Shown here in pieces: positions 1 to 11,173 of a stretch of DNA of 64,000 nucleotides. The notes under the pieces were generated by a model, which ran no database searches, was not told the origin of the DNA, and saw nothing but the letters and a program-made list of their open reading frames with translations. Position 1 is the stretch's first letter. Every line of letters starts with the position of its first letter. This stretch comes from Dysidea avara (taxonomy: Eukaryota). Where the stretch lies: the NCBI RefSeq assembly GCF_963678975.1, contig NC_089278.1, positions 6,740,531 through 6,804,530 of the forward strand. Reading direction: 5' to 3'. Position numbers and translations under genes: made by a program.

Positions 1-951
1 AAGCAAAGAAAAGTACAAGCAACAGAGTCTCGGACAGTATATTGTATAAAATACAGCAGAAAGAATTCATCATGGCCTTAAGTTAGCTACCTCATGTGAT
101 ATGGATGGAACAGTCATGTAGGATGGCAGATGATTGTAGCTACGTAAGTTACGCAGTGGCAGTGAGTAAACAGCAGTGAATAGGTTTAGCTATAGGCAAT
201 CAATCAATTCATGTATTGAAAACTTGTTTTTTGAGCCCTCACGAATGTTGGTTATCCATACACCTTACAAGTAAACAAGTGTTAATTCACCCACACAATT
301 ATTTTTTCAGAGGTGTCACCAGTACAACATAATTACTGCATAAGTGCATGCAAAAAAAAAACTTTTAGCATCCACAAAAATCCTTTCCCTCGATTGAAAT
401 GGATCACATGAGCTACTCACTTCTTTGGCACCACCCATTCATTGAGGACCATGAGTTCTGACTCTAATAAATTAATGCGGCTGCAAGACAACAACATAAT
501 GGTCAAATCTGCTACACTGGCAACACTAACTAACTTATGTACGCTGGCCTGTAGTGACAATAGGTCTGCCTTAAGCCCATCCAATTCATCCAACTGTATA
601 TCATCATCAGCTATAGTACACAAAGGAACATATTCACACATGTAAATTAATTCACCTCTGGTGGAATACATAACCTGTTCGGTCAAGAACTGATGAATAT
701 AAGACACAATTCTGTAGGAATAAACATCAACACAATCACTAGGGTCTTATGTTGTAATATCTTACTGTCAAGTGTTGAAGCTGGCGGAATTCGTAAAATT
801 GCAGGGGGCATGGCTGGTACTACAAAAATGAAACACTATACGCACTGTACTGTGTTGTATCACGTACTTCATTAGGTGAAAATTCAGATACACTCATTTT
901 CTATGTAAAGCCCACCAAGAAGGTCACGTAATCACGCGAGGGTCTACTGCT

Positions 952-1141
952 ATGGATTATAATGAAGACACCGACACTTGCCAGCTTAATGCTGCATCGA
1001 ATGTGACATACAAGTTACCTAATAGCGCAATAGACATCTGCCTGATATACGGGATTGATGAAAATACCGACCGGTGCCTAAAGCCTCTCAACTTCACAGA
1101 AAAATTGCAAAGTGATAGTTCAGCTTTACAGGTCAGTATAG
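952..1141 (+). CDS. Candidate first coding exon in the unique left flank. It starts at ATG 952 and ends at the donor cag|gtcagt. It leaves phase 1, which matches the next exon.
   Basis: The ORF track frame 952..1227 is open. The donor is at 1142. The phase joins exactly to 1203. Confidence 0.3.
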
Positions 1142-1202
1142 CATTTAGTTACAGTGTGGTGTGTTCTATGGTGAAGTGTTGTGTTTGCATCACCATAGCA
1201 AG

Positions 1203-1397
1203 TGTTAGAGAAACTGCACGGATATGAAGTGGAGCCCTACAGTTTGGCTGTGATCAATGCTACACTAACACACTTTCCTCACTTCAGTAGCGGCAGCCTT
1301 GATGACAGTATCATGAGCATGGACACAAATGTGGATGACAAGGCGTTGGGGATTTCTTGGGATGTAGTGAAGACCGTGCAAAAGTTTTTCTTCCCAG
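1203..1397 (+). CDS. Candidate second exon of the left-flank gene. It reads ...LEKLHGYEVEPYSLAVINATLTHFPHF...KFFFP and ends at the donor cccag|gtcagt.
   Basis: The acceptor caag|TG completes the codon left by exon 1. The open frame matches ORF 1202..1417. Confidence 0.3.
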
Positions 1398-1746
1398 GTC
1401 AGTCTTACAGCATGTGAACAAATTTTGCAAACCATTTCACATACCAGGAAAAAAATCAACTAGCACCACTGATTGGGTATTATAGCTTTGTTTTTTTATC
1501 AGGCATTTTCACTTGGGGATGTGTTGTTTGAGAGTCACCTTTTTTCTCCAAGCTTAAAGTTTGGCTTTTGCATTTTGGCAAGAATGTCCGGCTCATTGGG
1601 AAGCAGTGATACATTCGTGGGTGGATAGGCATGTATAACTGACCAAACCAGTTTTAACTGCTATAAGGAGCTCACAAAGATTTATAACTTTACCTCTAGG
1701 TTTTAGGGTTAAATCATCAAACATCTTGTGTTTTTAAAAACTCATT

Positions 1747-2221
1747 CCACTACTGGACAACAATCTATGCTATTACCATGAAATTCCCATGATCCTGTGA
1801 AATACCCATGAAAGTTTCAGATGATATTGTTTTCATGGGTATTAAAATACCCATGAAATGCTGGGGTAAAATATTGTATCCATGAATTACCCATGAACAA
1901 GTGAGTTTTCATGGGTTTGTATTGTATACCATGAAAGACCTTTGAAATCACACCACCAAAGAAAATCCTATGGAAAACCTATAAATGTATTTCATTGGCT
2001 TTCCACACATTTTTTATTGGTGTGATTTCACAGGTTTTTCATGGGTTGTACATACATACAAACCCATGAGCTTACTCGTTCCTGGGTTTTTCATTGGTAC
2101 ATTATATTCATTTCATAGGTATTTCATTACCCATGAAAAATACCAACTGCAACTTTCATGGGTATTTCAAGGTGATCATGGGAATTCCATGGTAATAGCA
2201 CGGATATATTGTCCAGTAGTG
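1747..2221. mobile_element. MITE of ~475 bp with ~45-bp terminal inverted repeats (CCACTACTGGACAA...ATTACCATGAAATTCCCATGATC). It carries internal ACCCATGAAA sub-repeats.
   Basis: The left TIR is 1747-1795. Its reverse complement lies at 2178-2221. A 3'-partial copy is at 49260-49548. Confidence 0.55.
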
Positions 2222-3190
2222 TTCAGCCCCAATTCCTCAGTGTCTGTACCTTTTATTCTAATGGGCGATTATAGATCCGTACATCATGCTCTTGAAACCT
2301 TCTTTCAACGGCTTTCCTACAAGTGCTACATTGTACATACTTTTTGGCAGCAGTCTTGGCTTGTTTGGTTGGGCAATCACACATGAAAGTAGTTATGTCA
2401 TAGCATAGATATTGGCATACCAGCTAGCATACCCAACATAGAACACAGTCAAACTCCTTGTGGAATTGAAATTCCATGTGGCCAGAATGGCAGTTTGTGG
2501 TTTAACCATCAGAAGTGAGATTTCAGTATCAATGTGTGCAATTGTTTTAATTTCTTTTGTTTAGTTGTTTTACACCGTCTCAATGGACGCTATTGTTTTT
2601 TTGTCCCCCTGTTGTGAAAAGCAGAAATCTAGTTCCACTAGTGGAATAATGCTGCAGTGCCATGAAGTTTTACACTGTGCTATTGAAAGATGTTGCCACT
2701 ACTTAGGCACATTATCGTGGTGTCTGCATTTTGAAAACTTGGACTTACTTTCTACACTACAGGGAGACAAAATATGGAGACCAAGAATTCATAATATACA
2801 ACTCTTGCTGAGACCAATAACATTCAACGATATCAAAAAACCCCTCAAGACCAACAAAACAAGCTTTCCCAAAGATTATCATGAAACACTGAACAATCAT
2901 AGAAAGTGTTTTAAGGCCATCCAGATCAGAAGATACATGTCATTGTTGCCGATCACATTTCCTTGCCTCTATATCTATGATCACATGAACAACCTCATCT
3001 GTCTAGCTAGGGTTAAATTGTTGCCTCCCTCCATTATGAACCCTGCTCGTAATACTGCTAGACTCCTGAAAATAGAATGTATATAACTAATTTCCCTTGA
3101 CGAGGTATAATGGCTCGAAGACTTAGAAGTTGCATGTCTCAAAAACACTGTTAATTAGACCTGTTTCCCCCATATTCAGTCACATTGTAT

Positions 3191-3334
3191 ATGTGTTATA
3201 CAGATGGGACAAGGATTGAGGTGACGGATGAACAACCTCTTGCTAGTACCATGTCCACTGTTTTAACGGACATCGATGGTCGCAGGACATACTGTACTGG
3301 GCTACGATTCTACCGACCATTTACCGTGAAAGAA
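3191..3334 (+). CDS. uDENN exon of the DENN-domain gene, with a possible start at ATG 3191. It reads MCYTDGTRIEVTDEQPLASTMSTVLTDIDGRRTYCTGLRFYRPFTVKE.
   Basis: The VLTDIDGRR.YC..LRF motif is characteristic of uDENN (compare FVLTDIDSKQRFGFCR). The donor is GAA|gtttgt. Confidence 0.45.
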
Positions 3335-3454
3335 GTTTGTTAGTGTGACCAGGAGTGCATCGAATTCCGTGGACAAGGTCCTTGTTCAAATCCTTTTGAT
3401 TCGCTCCTGGTGTGACAGTGTGTGTGGTGAAGTTTATGTGTTCTATCTATCCAG

Positions 3455-3497
3455 CATGAAAACCAAACCTTCGCACTTAATGCTTGTTCAAGAAAAG
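3455..3497 (+). CDS. Possible small uDENN exon (..MKTKPSHLMLVQEK). Its phase relative to the neighbouring exons is unresolved.
   Basis: Strong acceptor ttctatctatccag| and donor AAAAG|gttagt. The phase conflict was noted by hand. Confidence 0.2.
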
Positions 3498-3694
3498 GTT
3501 AGTCCTTAGTATATATGTGGCTGTTATTCTGTGTGTATATTGTTAATAGATAGTCCTCCTGGTACGAAATTGGTGTACGTGCCAAGCTGTGCAGTGTTCC
3601 AATCATCCGTTCCTTGCTACAACCTCCAAAAAGAGCTCTTGTCATGGTGTGTGTCGACTGATTGGCTAGCCTAACCACATGTGTCATCTCATAG

Positions 3695-3806
3695 TTTACT
3701 GCACAATCTGGCACAGAAAGATGACCTGAAGTTTTGGGATGTTCTGCAAAAATTTGTGAAGAAGCTGTTCTGGATACCGGTGCCTCCTCCAGGAAGACTA
3801 TGCACC
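3695..3806 (+). CDS. uDENN exon (L)LHNLAQKDDLKFWDVLQKFVKKLFWIPVPPPGRLCT. An alternative acceptor is at 3717.
   Basis: The IPxPPPG motif is typical of uDENN. The donor is CACC|gttagt. The exon straddles the X/body boundary. Confidence 0.4.
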
Positions 3807-4135
3807 GTTAGTCATCTTGTGGTGTTTTGGTAGAAGAGCTTTAGTAACCATCATTGTACATGAACACAGTAGAATCTATCACAACAGTGAAAATCCGCCT
3901 GTATAAACAGGTGATAAGTACCACGCAAGGTGTTGACTTTTAATTCTCCAATTAGTTGGTTAGTTTGCCTTCTAATGAGACCAGTAGCACCAAAATAGAA
4001 CCAACCTTGACAGGTACTTCTGTTTGATCTTGGCATTACTTGCTTAGAATGTACCCTATGGTTATACAAATATATCCTTGTTTCAGACAATTTTACCAAG
4101 GCAGTGTGTTTATTTGTTTAAATGTACTCTTGCAG

Positions 4136-4184
4136 GAGTTCAGTGTTGGTGACTATTGTGGTAGTATATGTCCTCCCTTATCAG
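4136..4184 (+). CDS. DENN gene exon EFSVGDYCGSICPPLS. It carries a TIR-element insertion in units 2 and 3.
   Basis: Acceptor cttgcag| and donor TCAG|gtgagt. The phase joins to 4419. Confidence 0.45.
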
Positions 4185-4418
4185 GTGAGTCTATCTAGTA
4201 TACATGGCAGAACATTTGAAGATTTTTCAGTTTTTGTTGTATTTCTCTGTGTTAATATTCCTATAGCATAATAATGGTCACCTTATAGCTGTGATTTAAA
4301 AAAATTTTTTTTATTATTTCTCAGTGTATTTTAGTGTGGATGTATAATATCTATGTCCTTCTTAAATAATTTGGTGTGTGCACTATTAGTGACTGTTGTC
4401 ACACTCTCCATCAAACAG

Positions 4419-4564
4419 AATACGTCAACCTTGATATCAGATTGAACTATCCCTTCCTTTCACTATCCATTGATTCTGTACTGGAAGTGGTTGGTGCTCT
4501 TCTAATGGAACAAAGAATAGTATTTGTGTCCACCAGTTATACTCTACTAACGTACAACATGGAG
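4419..4564 (+). CDS. DENN core exon (E)YVNLDIRLNYPFLSLSIDSVLEVVGALLMEQRIVFVSTSYTLLTYNME.
   Basis: ORF 4376..4594. The ..LLxERRILxxS..-like DENN core motif is present. The donor is GAG|gtgtgt. Confidence 0.55.
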
Positions 4565-4618
4565 GTGTGTTGGTGTGTATATAGTGAGAACTAGGTCACA
4601 TGTGTGTACCTCTTGTAG

Positions 4619-4765
4619 TGTTTCTTACGCTTCATTTCACCATTCGAGTGGCGCAGCACTTATGTCCCAGTGTTACCCAGTGAAATGATGGGTCTCCTTG
4701 ATGCTCCGGGTAGTTTCCTGTATGGCTGTCACTCTGATTGCATTGATGAAGAGATTTTGTCAACT
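4619..4765 (+). CDS. DENN core exon CFLRFISPFEWRSTYVPVLPSEMMGLLDAPGSFLYGCHSDCIDEEILST.
   Basis: The YVPVLP...LDAPGSFLYG motif matches the canonical DENN motif (YIPVLP..L..AP.PYLIG). It is phase 0 at both ends. Confidence 0.6.
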
Positions 4766-4816
4766 GTAAATCCCTTCTTAGTTATGTTATTGGTCTCTTT
4801 ACACCTGCTTTTCTAG

Positions 4817-4926
4817 GTGGAAGAGTTGGTGATAGTAAATCTGGACAATGATGAGGTTCAGCAGCTGAATTATGAGAGTAATTTGCCCAAAATGCCACAA
4901 TCAGTTTGTGACAATTTCAAGCAAAG
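4817..4926 (+). CDS. DENN exon VEELVIVNLDNDEVQQLNYESNLPKMPQSVCDNFKQ.
   Basis: Matches the DENN motif (VVILNVDTN). The donor is AAAG|gtacgt. Confidence 0.55.
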
Positions 4927-4977
4927 GTACGTACATCCCTAGTTCCATCAATATACTTACTATCTCTTCACTCACAG

Positions 4978-5102
4978 CTACAAGAAGTTGAAGGTTTGGT
5001 ATGAGCTGGAGGAGTCTGATCGTCCCATGCCATTACCGGCCGCCGCACTGGTACAACACCGGCATGAATTTGAGCGTCGTTATGACTCCTATCTCTTAGA
5101 CA
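4978..5102 (+). CDS. dDENN-region exon (S)YKKLKVWYELEESDRPMPLPAAALVQHRHEFERRYDSYLLD.
   Basis: Acceptor ctcacag| and donor GACA|gtaagc. The phase is consistent with the neighbouring exons. Confidence 0.45.
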
Positions 5103-5144
5103 GTAAGCCTTACTCTTGTTGAGCACTAATTAGAATTTGTGTAG

Positions 5145-5200
5145 TTTTTCTCAACATGATGGTTGAATTATTTGGTGAAGTTACTTATTATCTTTGTTCG
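5145..5200 (+). CDS. Small dDENN exon (I)FLNMMVELFGEVTYYLCS. It is needed to keep phase between 4978-5102 and 5246-5317.
   Basis: Acceptor tgtgtag| and donor TTCG|gtaagt. The phase arithmetic closes only with this exon included. Confidence 0.35.
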
Positions 5201-5245
5201 GTAAGTTATGTCATTGTGAGTATTGTTGACATGTGAACTATTCAG

Positions 5246-5317
5246 GGTAACCTTCGCTATGAGGAGAGCCCAACATATCAGTCAGCATGCAAGGAGACAA
5301 AGGAGTTCTATAAATTG
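5246..5317 (+). CDS. dDENN exon GNLRYEESPTYQSACKETKEFYKL.
   Basis: Acceptor attcag| and donor AAATTG|gtaagt. Confidence 0.4.
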
Positions 5318-5865
5318 GTAAGTAATTGTCACTCTCTTATTGATCTGACTAGTGCCATATATAGTAGAGGTTAGCTTATGGTATAGCATCATGTCTCTTG
5401 TTCCCCAGTTTTTAGTGCATGAATTGGTCCCTACTTTGTTTTTTTTTTAGATGTTGACTTTAAATATAGTGGTTTGTTACTTATTTGTAGATCAGACTGT
5501 TGTATTAGGGTGAGTGCTTTATTGGGGTATCTCAATCTTGCAATAGCTGCACATTTGATGCTGAACACACAATGAATCAATAAAAGCTATATATAGTTCA
5601 GTGCTTGGCTTTTTGTAGCAAGCTAATCATTGCCACCTGCCTACTATCATTTCATGCCATGAAAACTAAAAGAAAATAGTATAAAAGTGCCATTGACTAA
5701 TAAGGACCTGTCCCCAAATTTATGAAGTGACTGCAAGAGTGTTATATAGACATATATTTAGTATTGTGATGATGTAAAAATTGTACTAGATAAGAACTCT
5801 ATGAGTATCAGGCTAGGATTTTGAGGGAGGAACAAAACAAATACTGGCATGTTCATTAAGGATTT

Positions 5866-5887
5866 GTGTGTGTGTGTGTGTGTGTGT
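5866..5887. repeat. (TG)n microsatellite.
   Basis: Seen directly in the sequence. Shorter or interrupted versions lie at 20575-20600, 36770-36800 and 53222-53245. Confidence 0.9.
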
Positions 5888-6830
5888 ATCATTACTGTTA
5901 CTTGAAAAGCGTTATAAAGTGCTCATGGTCCAATGTCACATAGATATCGCTTCTTAGAATTAGTATTCAATTGTTTACAATAGAGAGTACTTGGATGCTA
6001 AAAATCCATAATCTTTCTGCTCTAATCACTGTTTTTATGTTTTGTATGACGTATTGTGGAATTCTGCAGGCATTATCTACCGACTTATTTTCACTTCTGC
6101 TGCAAAACCGTAATACCAAAACTACCCGAGATTCTTTTACACTAATCTCTGACAAGAAAAGACGGTATGATCGACATCATGTTGACAGTGAACATATACT
6201 GATCCCCATAGAGACAAGAGAATGTTAGAGATGTGTGACACAACAATAACTGATACAACCGCTGCAGCAACAACAGGAAAGCCCATTAAACAGAGGTAAG
6301 GGAGGCACTGTACTTCTTCTCTCTAATGGATGTGTCCTAGTTTTGTTACAATATGAAACAGTACTGGTATTGGAAGGTTGTCATACGTCTTGGTACTGTA
6401 TTTTAGTTCACATAACTATTTGAAAAATTTCGTACGCAATAAGCACCTCTAAAATAGTTATCGTTTTGTCTTTTAAAGCTATTACAGCATAGATAATATA
6501 TATTACGGCAACTGTTAAAGGCTTCAGCTGCATTTCTAATGTCCTAAATGTTGATGATTTAACAGTAAAACATCACTGGATCGCATTTAGAAATCTGGAT
6601 CCCGAGGTGAATCCACCCCTCAAAGGAATTTTTAGCTAGCTACCTTGCAAAAAATCTAAACTTGTAAGACTATAAAACGACTACCCAGCATTAATAAATG
6701 TTAGAGACAACTCCTTGGCTACTACACCTGTTCACCCTCGTCTTAATGCACACGTACAATCACGTATTTGGGTTGTGGCGTGTAGCGCAACTATATTATC
6801 CTTTGAGAAGAACAAAAAAGCGAATTAGTG

Positions 6831-6974
6831 ATGAAAGCAAACAGCATGGTGCAGTGGACAGAATGTGATAGATTCGTGAATCTACCATCATTACCTTGGT
6901 TGTCTGAAATTTCTGGAGCCGTACACCTAGTGCAACTGGTTCTTACAGCAGGCAGTCAGGCAGATGAAATCCAG
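6831..6974 (+). CDS. Candidate exon MKANSMVQWTEC..LPWLSEISGAVHLVQ..TAGSQADEIQ with donor CCAG|gtgaat. Whether it belongs to the DENN gene or to another transcript is not known.
   Basis: ORF 6828..7022 recurs at 22014, 38210 and 54690, with a 5-codon indel between units. Confidence 0.2.
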
Positions 6975-7345
6975 GTGAATTTTGAAATTTTTAAAGCTTT
7001 AGGTACAGCATCATTACAGTAGTACTAATGTATTCCAGGTGGTTTTTTCAAGTAAAACTTATTGCACAGCTGATTTTTAACATGCAAACATTTACGAAGC
7101 CATATGATTTCTTAACAATCCCTACTTGTTAAGAACTATCATACTTAATGATAGTAGCTGGCCCCTAATAGCAACCAGATCACAGCCTTGATTTGGTGAT
7201 TTGGCGAAGGCCCAAAGGGCATAAAAATCATGATTATATGAGTGAGATGAGCAAATGTATACTGGTATTTCCTTTAAAATTGTGTAAATACAGCAACTTT
7301 GTAGTTCTGTAATAAGCTCTAAAAATAGAATCTTGCACGTGCACG

Positions 7346-7346
<1 letters not shown>

Positions 7347-7388
<42 letters not shown>

Positions 7389-7406
7389 ACACACACACAC
7401 ACACAC
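7347..7406. repeat. (CA)n microsatellite. It is expanded to ~83 bp in units 2 and 3 (22551-22633, 38747-38829) and degenerate in unit 4 (55226-55255).
   Basis: Seen directly in the sequence. Confidence 0.9.
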
Positions 7407-8110
7407 TTCGTCCTACAAATATTTCATGATGATTAAATCATCACTTTGAACTTTATCTGCTTCAAATAAAGGACCCATGGCCACTTAGTGATGTATATAC
7501 GCCTGTAGAACAATGTAACACATTTCAAGGAGGGAGGGCTTGAGTTGGGAAGTGTTGCATCATTTTACCAATACAAATCGTTCTAGACTCACAGCTCCAA
7601 CCGGAATGTTTTTTGACTAATGTAGTCCCTTCTTCAGTGCTGACGAAGTGGACGCTTCCCTCCTGCCTCCTTTTTTTAGTACTTTTCCCAGTGTGGTAGC
7701 CATTGTCACTGGTTTGTGGGGTTTCACACATGATACAAACAGTAGGGCTGGTTATTTTCTGGTTATGTCTCGTACTATTTCAAATATTGTACTACACATA
7801 ATTCATCTCCTGAGAAGCTAGAAGAAAAGAACATTCCTTTTAAGCCAGTTGCCTCTTCTTGGTTAGGGAGGCCAACCACTGGAATTAATAACTTATATAT
7901 TATGGAAATTTTGGTGTTCCACAATCTACAGTAGTGTACTAACTGCATTGATTGCCTTCCACTTTGCATAGTAGCTGCGAGCTGTTCCTTGCTTGAAGTT
8001 ACAGTAGCCACAGCTATTGATCTGTAGTGTAGGCTGTTTTGGAGTGTGTACTACAGTATTTATAGCAACAAAACCAGCTGGTGTTAACAGAATGGTTGTT
8101 ATCTCAACAG

Positions 8111-8397
8111 GTCAGAGGAACAAGACACACCAAAGGCTCCGTCGTCACTTGTCAGACTTTATTCGCAACAGCCACCTAACAGTCCTAAGGAATCTCCTGA
8201 TACTTTGCACATGACTAAAAGAACATCTTCATTAAAGCAACCTATACCACCACTACTGCCCGAGCAACCAAAACGTCTTTTGCCACATTCAACATCTGGG
8301 TCTGACCTGGAGACAGCAGCCGACAGTCTAGCAGTTTTATGCTCATGTGATCCTAGCACTTATTGTAAGGTTAAACTGCCATCACTAAGGGATGAAG
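8111..8397 (+). CDS. Ser/Pro-rich exon ..SEEQDTPKAPSSLVRLYSQQPPNSPKESPDTLHMTKRTSSLKQPIPPLLPEQPKRLLPHSTSGSDLETAADSLAVLCSCDPSTYCKVKLPSLRDE.
   Basis: Acceptor ctcaacag| and donor GAAG|gtactc. A 287-nt open frame spans the whole exon. Confidence 0.45.
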
Positions 8398-8442
8398 GTA
8401 CTCATTGTCTCTTTGTTTCTTGAATACCTGTTAAATGTATAG

Positions 8443-8568
8443 TGGGCCTGGGTTGTGAGCAGCTTTTGATAATTGCAAGTCAATCCCTTAACATATGTAA
8501 CAAAAATTTGAAGCAGTCTTGTACAAGTTGTGTGTATTATTAGAGTATTTATGTATTCATTGCAAATG
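8443..8568 (+). CDS. Exon (V)GLGCEQLLIIASQSLN.CNKNLK..LYKLCVLLEYLCIHCK. Unit 1 carries a 1-bp deletion that shifts the frame here.
   Basis: It follows a 45-bp intron. That intron is only 15 bp in units 2 and 3. Units 2 to 4 keep the frame. Confidence 0.35.
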
Positions 8569-8588
8569 GTAAAGATACCAAATATATA

Positions 8589-8619
8589 TCTTGACATTGT
8601 TGTTGTTGTTGTTGTTGTT
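8589..8619. repeat. (GTT)n microsatellite. It is also present at 24947-24975, 41143-41170 and 56449-56475.
   Basis: Seen directly in the sequence. Confidence 0.9.
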
Positions 8620-9103
8620 TGTTTTTAATGAGAATGTCAATACTTTTACAACACATGTATATATTCCTACCATGCTAATAATTTTGCCACAACAGTCATG
8701 TGTTCATGAAAGCTTGTCTTGATGGTGTGTCACTTCATCCTTTTGTAGTTTCTCCAAAAGAAGTTTTTGAAGACTTAATCGCACAGTTGACAGAAGTAAT
8801 AAAAGTGAGAACAGTTGTGAGGTGCACATTCTAGAGAAGCAAATCCAACTGTATGTCTCATATTGCGGGTGAGGTTCAAATGGCCTACACCTTCATTTAT
8901 ACAGCCTCCTGTGGGGTACTAGTTTTGTGAATTTGCTAGTATTGACTCATGGCACCTGAATAGGTGGTTTAATGTTCCACCGGGTAGGCTTGACTGTGTA
9001 TACATGAGCCGAAGGCTTTATGTGCGTAATACTGTGTATATGTGTGTAGTACACATATCTTAGATGACAACATGTTAATGGTGATGTTTATTGTGTAATG
9101 TAG

Positions 9104-9187
9104 GAGAGTGCTACCACAAAAGGCAAGATGGCCCCAGCTCTCTACCTCAGAGCTTGTGTATATATTGCTAAAGGACAGCATGACAAG
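9104..9187 (+). CDS. Exon ESATTKGKMAPALYLRACVYIAKGQHDK with donor AAG|gtgaga.
   Basis: Acceptor aatgtag|. The frame is open. The exon is conserved at 25455-25538, 41651-41734 and 56957-57050. Confidence 0.35.
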
Positions 9188-10159
9188 GTGAGAAGAAGAT
9201 TAGCTGCTTTGTACATTTCTTGTATGATTTAGGGATTTTGTGACTTTGCTACATTGGATAAGCACAGTGTCCAATTGATGCCAAACCAAAGGTGTGTGTG
9301 CATGTGTGCACATACTGTATAGCGGGTTTTTCTCGCGGACAAATTTACTTGCGAAAATAAAATCATGCGACATTACTTAATCTCGCGAGGTGACAGATTT
9401 GCAACATTAAATTCCTTGAGCAAATTTATTACTCGTTGTAATAAGTGTTTACGTATAAGATGGAAAACAACGAAATTTTGTCATGTTAGCCGTATCTATG
9501 CTTGTATCCATGATGAATTTATGCAGGCACCTGAAATGCACCAGGAAACGGATAGGGCGGCCATGTTGGGTTTGCTGAAGAATACAATCCCGGGATCGCT
9601 TAATTCAGGATTGATTTCCGGATTCCTGTAGAATGTGATCCCATAACTATTTACTGAAGAATACGATCCCAAGAGTTTCCTGAAGAATATGATCCTGACG
9701 TAGGCATGCGTTCTGCACGCTTTCATGCATAATTTTTAATTCATTATTTTCGATAGCTCCACCAAAATGCCCCAGACTTACATTGATCCTTGTGTCCTAC
9801 TTATATAGCTACCATTTTAGCTAAAGCTATGGATAATTGATAAAACACGATTATGAGATTTTACCCCTTTGATAAGTGTATATTTCTTTGATTTGTAAAT
9901 TGATGTTATTTGATTGGCTGAATGATGGAAATACATAAAAGTTACACAGTATATACATGTAGTTGCAATCTCTGATATGGTAGTCAAAGACTTAATTACA
10001 GTAGGTCATGGTAGAGGGTATCTTTTGGTGATATCACCAATCATGCTATCATATAATTATGTCCTTCCAAATCTCTCCCTCCACATAAATTCATCAAGAT
10101 ATTCCAGGAGATGGTCGTCACATGTTCCATGCATCCTCTTCAACTTGGCTTTTGCTCTT

Positions 10160-10973
10160 GACCAGTAACTCTCTATATGCTGGGTATGAGTCCCTGTAAT
10201 GGGATCAACAAAGTGAAGACTATGGTTAACTAATGAATGGGTATAGCCTGCTGCAGATATACGAGACTAAGTTGCCCACTCATCCGAATGTACTGTACCA
10301 CTGTCCCTGGATGCACGTATTGTTGTATGATAGGAAGAAGAGTAGCTGGATTTCTTTGAGCCACTAATTGCATGTATCCTGTTGCTGGACGAGTTGAAAT
10401 ATCACACCCATTGTCAGTTTGGAGAGATCTTCCTCTATGGTAGATCTTCCTCTATGAGAGAGATCTTCCTCTATGAGAGAAATCTTCCTCTATGGTTCTA
10501 TGTATAAATACAGCAAATAATATACTGTCAATGATAAGTATCATAACAAAACCTAGCTTTTGGCTTACGTTTGTACAATGACTCATCAACTTGCACAGTT
10601 CAACCTGGATAGTTGGTCTCTTAACAATTTTCAAGAACAGATATCTCTCAGAAAACTGCAGCAATCGATGATGGTATTCTGACTGATGCCAGTAGTTTTG
10701 ATTATCTGCTTTTGTGAAGCATCTGGTGACCACAAAAAAAATTATGTGGAGCCAAATCTGGGAAGCTGGACTGTAATCCCCCTTTGTAGAATTGTACAGA
10801 CAACAACATGAACAGTATTTAAATTTCATACTATGGATTGTCATAGTATCCATGGATACCGTGGATACTCTGACAGAGAGGGTACAACTCTTGTCCGACA
10901 TGTTGGAATAAAAAATAGCCCTAATATCACAGATGCTACCAGTGCTATGGAAGCCCACAATTACTTGAAACAT
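10160..10973 (-). pseudogene. Degenerate DDE transposase of the IS1595/ISXO2-like (Merlin) superfamily, frameshifted. Readable motifs are IDSILF, HSDEWAAY and VGYTHSSVNHSLHFVDPITGTHTQHIESYWSRAKAKLKRMHGTCDDHLLEYLDEFMWRERFG.
   Basis: H.tVNHS..fVd..tG.HTn.IEs.Ws..K and yL.EF.wR are the hallmark of the ISXO2-like DDE domain. The frame is broken. The N-terminal part of ORF 10452..10973 is an out-of-frame overlap. Confidence 0.6.
10425..10495. repeat. Minisatellite of the ~15-bp unit AGATCTTCCTCTATG in about 4 tandem copies. It is present only in unit 1; the other units carry a single copy.
   Basis: Seen directly in the sequence and compared with 26755-26780, 42950-42975 and 58265-58285. Confidence 0.8.
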
Positions 10974-10980
10974 AGATGTA

Positions 10981-10992
10981 TGGGGGGGGGGG
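10981..10992. repeat. Poly-G homopolymer tract. Its length differs between units (27293-27301, 43486-43499, and absent near 58796).
   Basis: Seen directly in the sequence. Confidence 0.85.
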
Positions 10993-11173
10993 GTGTCTAT
11001 TATCTATGCTTGAAATATGAGTGATTGTTTCTATGGTAGCATGTCTGTTTCAGTTGAATGCCGCACCTGTGACATACCGGTAGTCAGTCTAATTATAGTA
11101 TCCTCCATATAAGGATCTTGAAAAATGGGTAACATTGGTAATAAATGTTCGTTACCATGGAAATCACATCCCT

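Larger units (their letters stand above)
1949..3729. repeat. X-type junction segment of array unit 1. It is homologous to 49260-51078 and absent from units 2 and 3.
   Basis: Direct comparison of the unit starts. Homology to unit 4 begins at ...gaaatcacacc. Confidence 0.6.

Noticed and set aside
2565-3086. 173-aa ORF in the X segment.
   Set aside because: It has no splice context, odd composition and no recognisable motif. It sits where the promoter or 5' region of the DENN gene is expected and is probably non-coding.
5967-6228. Overlapping sense and antisense ORFs with flanking ag| and |gtaagg signals (candidate exon 6069-6296).
   Set aside because: There is an in-frame stop in the frame demanded by the upstream exons. 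An alternative reading as the 5' exon MCDTTITDTTAAATTGKPIKQR is possible but unsupported. It is left uncalled.
8205-8423. Single 72-aa ORF (MHMTKRTSS...).
   Set aside because: It is really the 3' part of the exon at 8111-8397 read on into the intron. At 24592..24921 the longer ORF exists only because the intron is deleted to 15 bp.
9365-9631. ORFs overlapping the cassette inverted repeats (MRHYLISRGDRF..., and the mirrored 13353..13601).
   Set aside because: The same peptide appears on both strands only because the DNA is an inverted repeat. These are read-throughs of repeat sequence and not genes.
10452-10973. 173-aa ORF on the - strand, extended to 218 aa at 42812..43468.
   Set aside because: Only its C-terminal part (IDSILF..HSDEWAA) is the real transposase frame. 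The N-terminal ~100 residues (MFQVIVGFHSTGSICDIRAIFYS...) are an out-of-frame read-through of a degenerate region. This is not a standalone gene.
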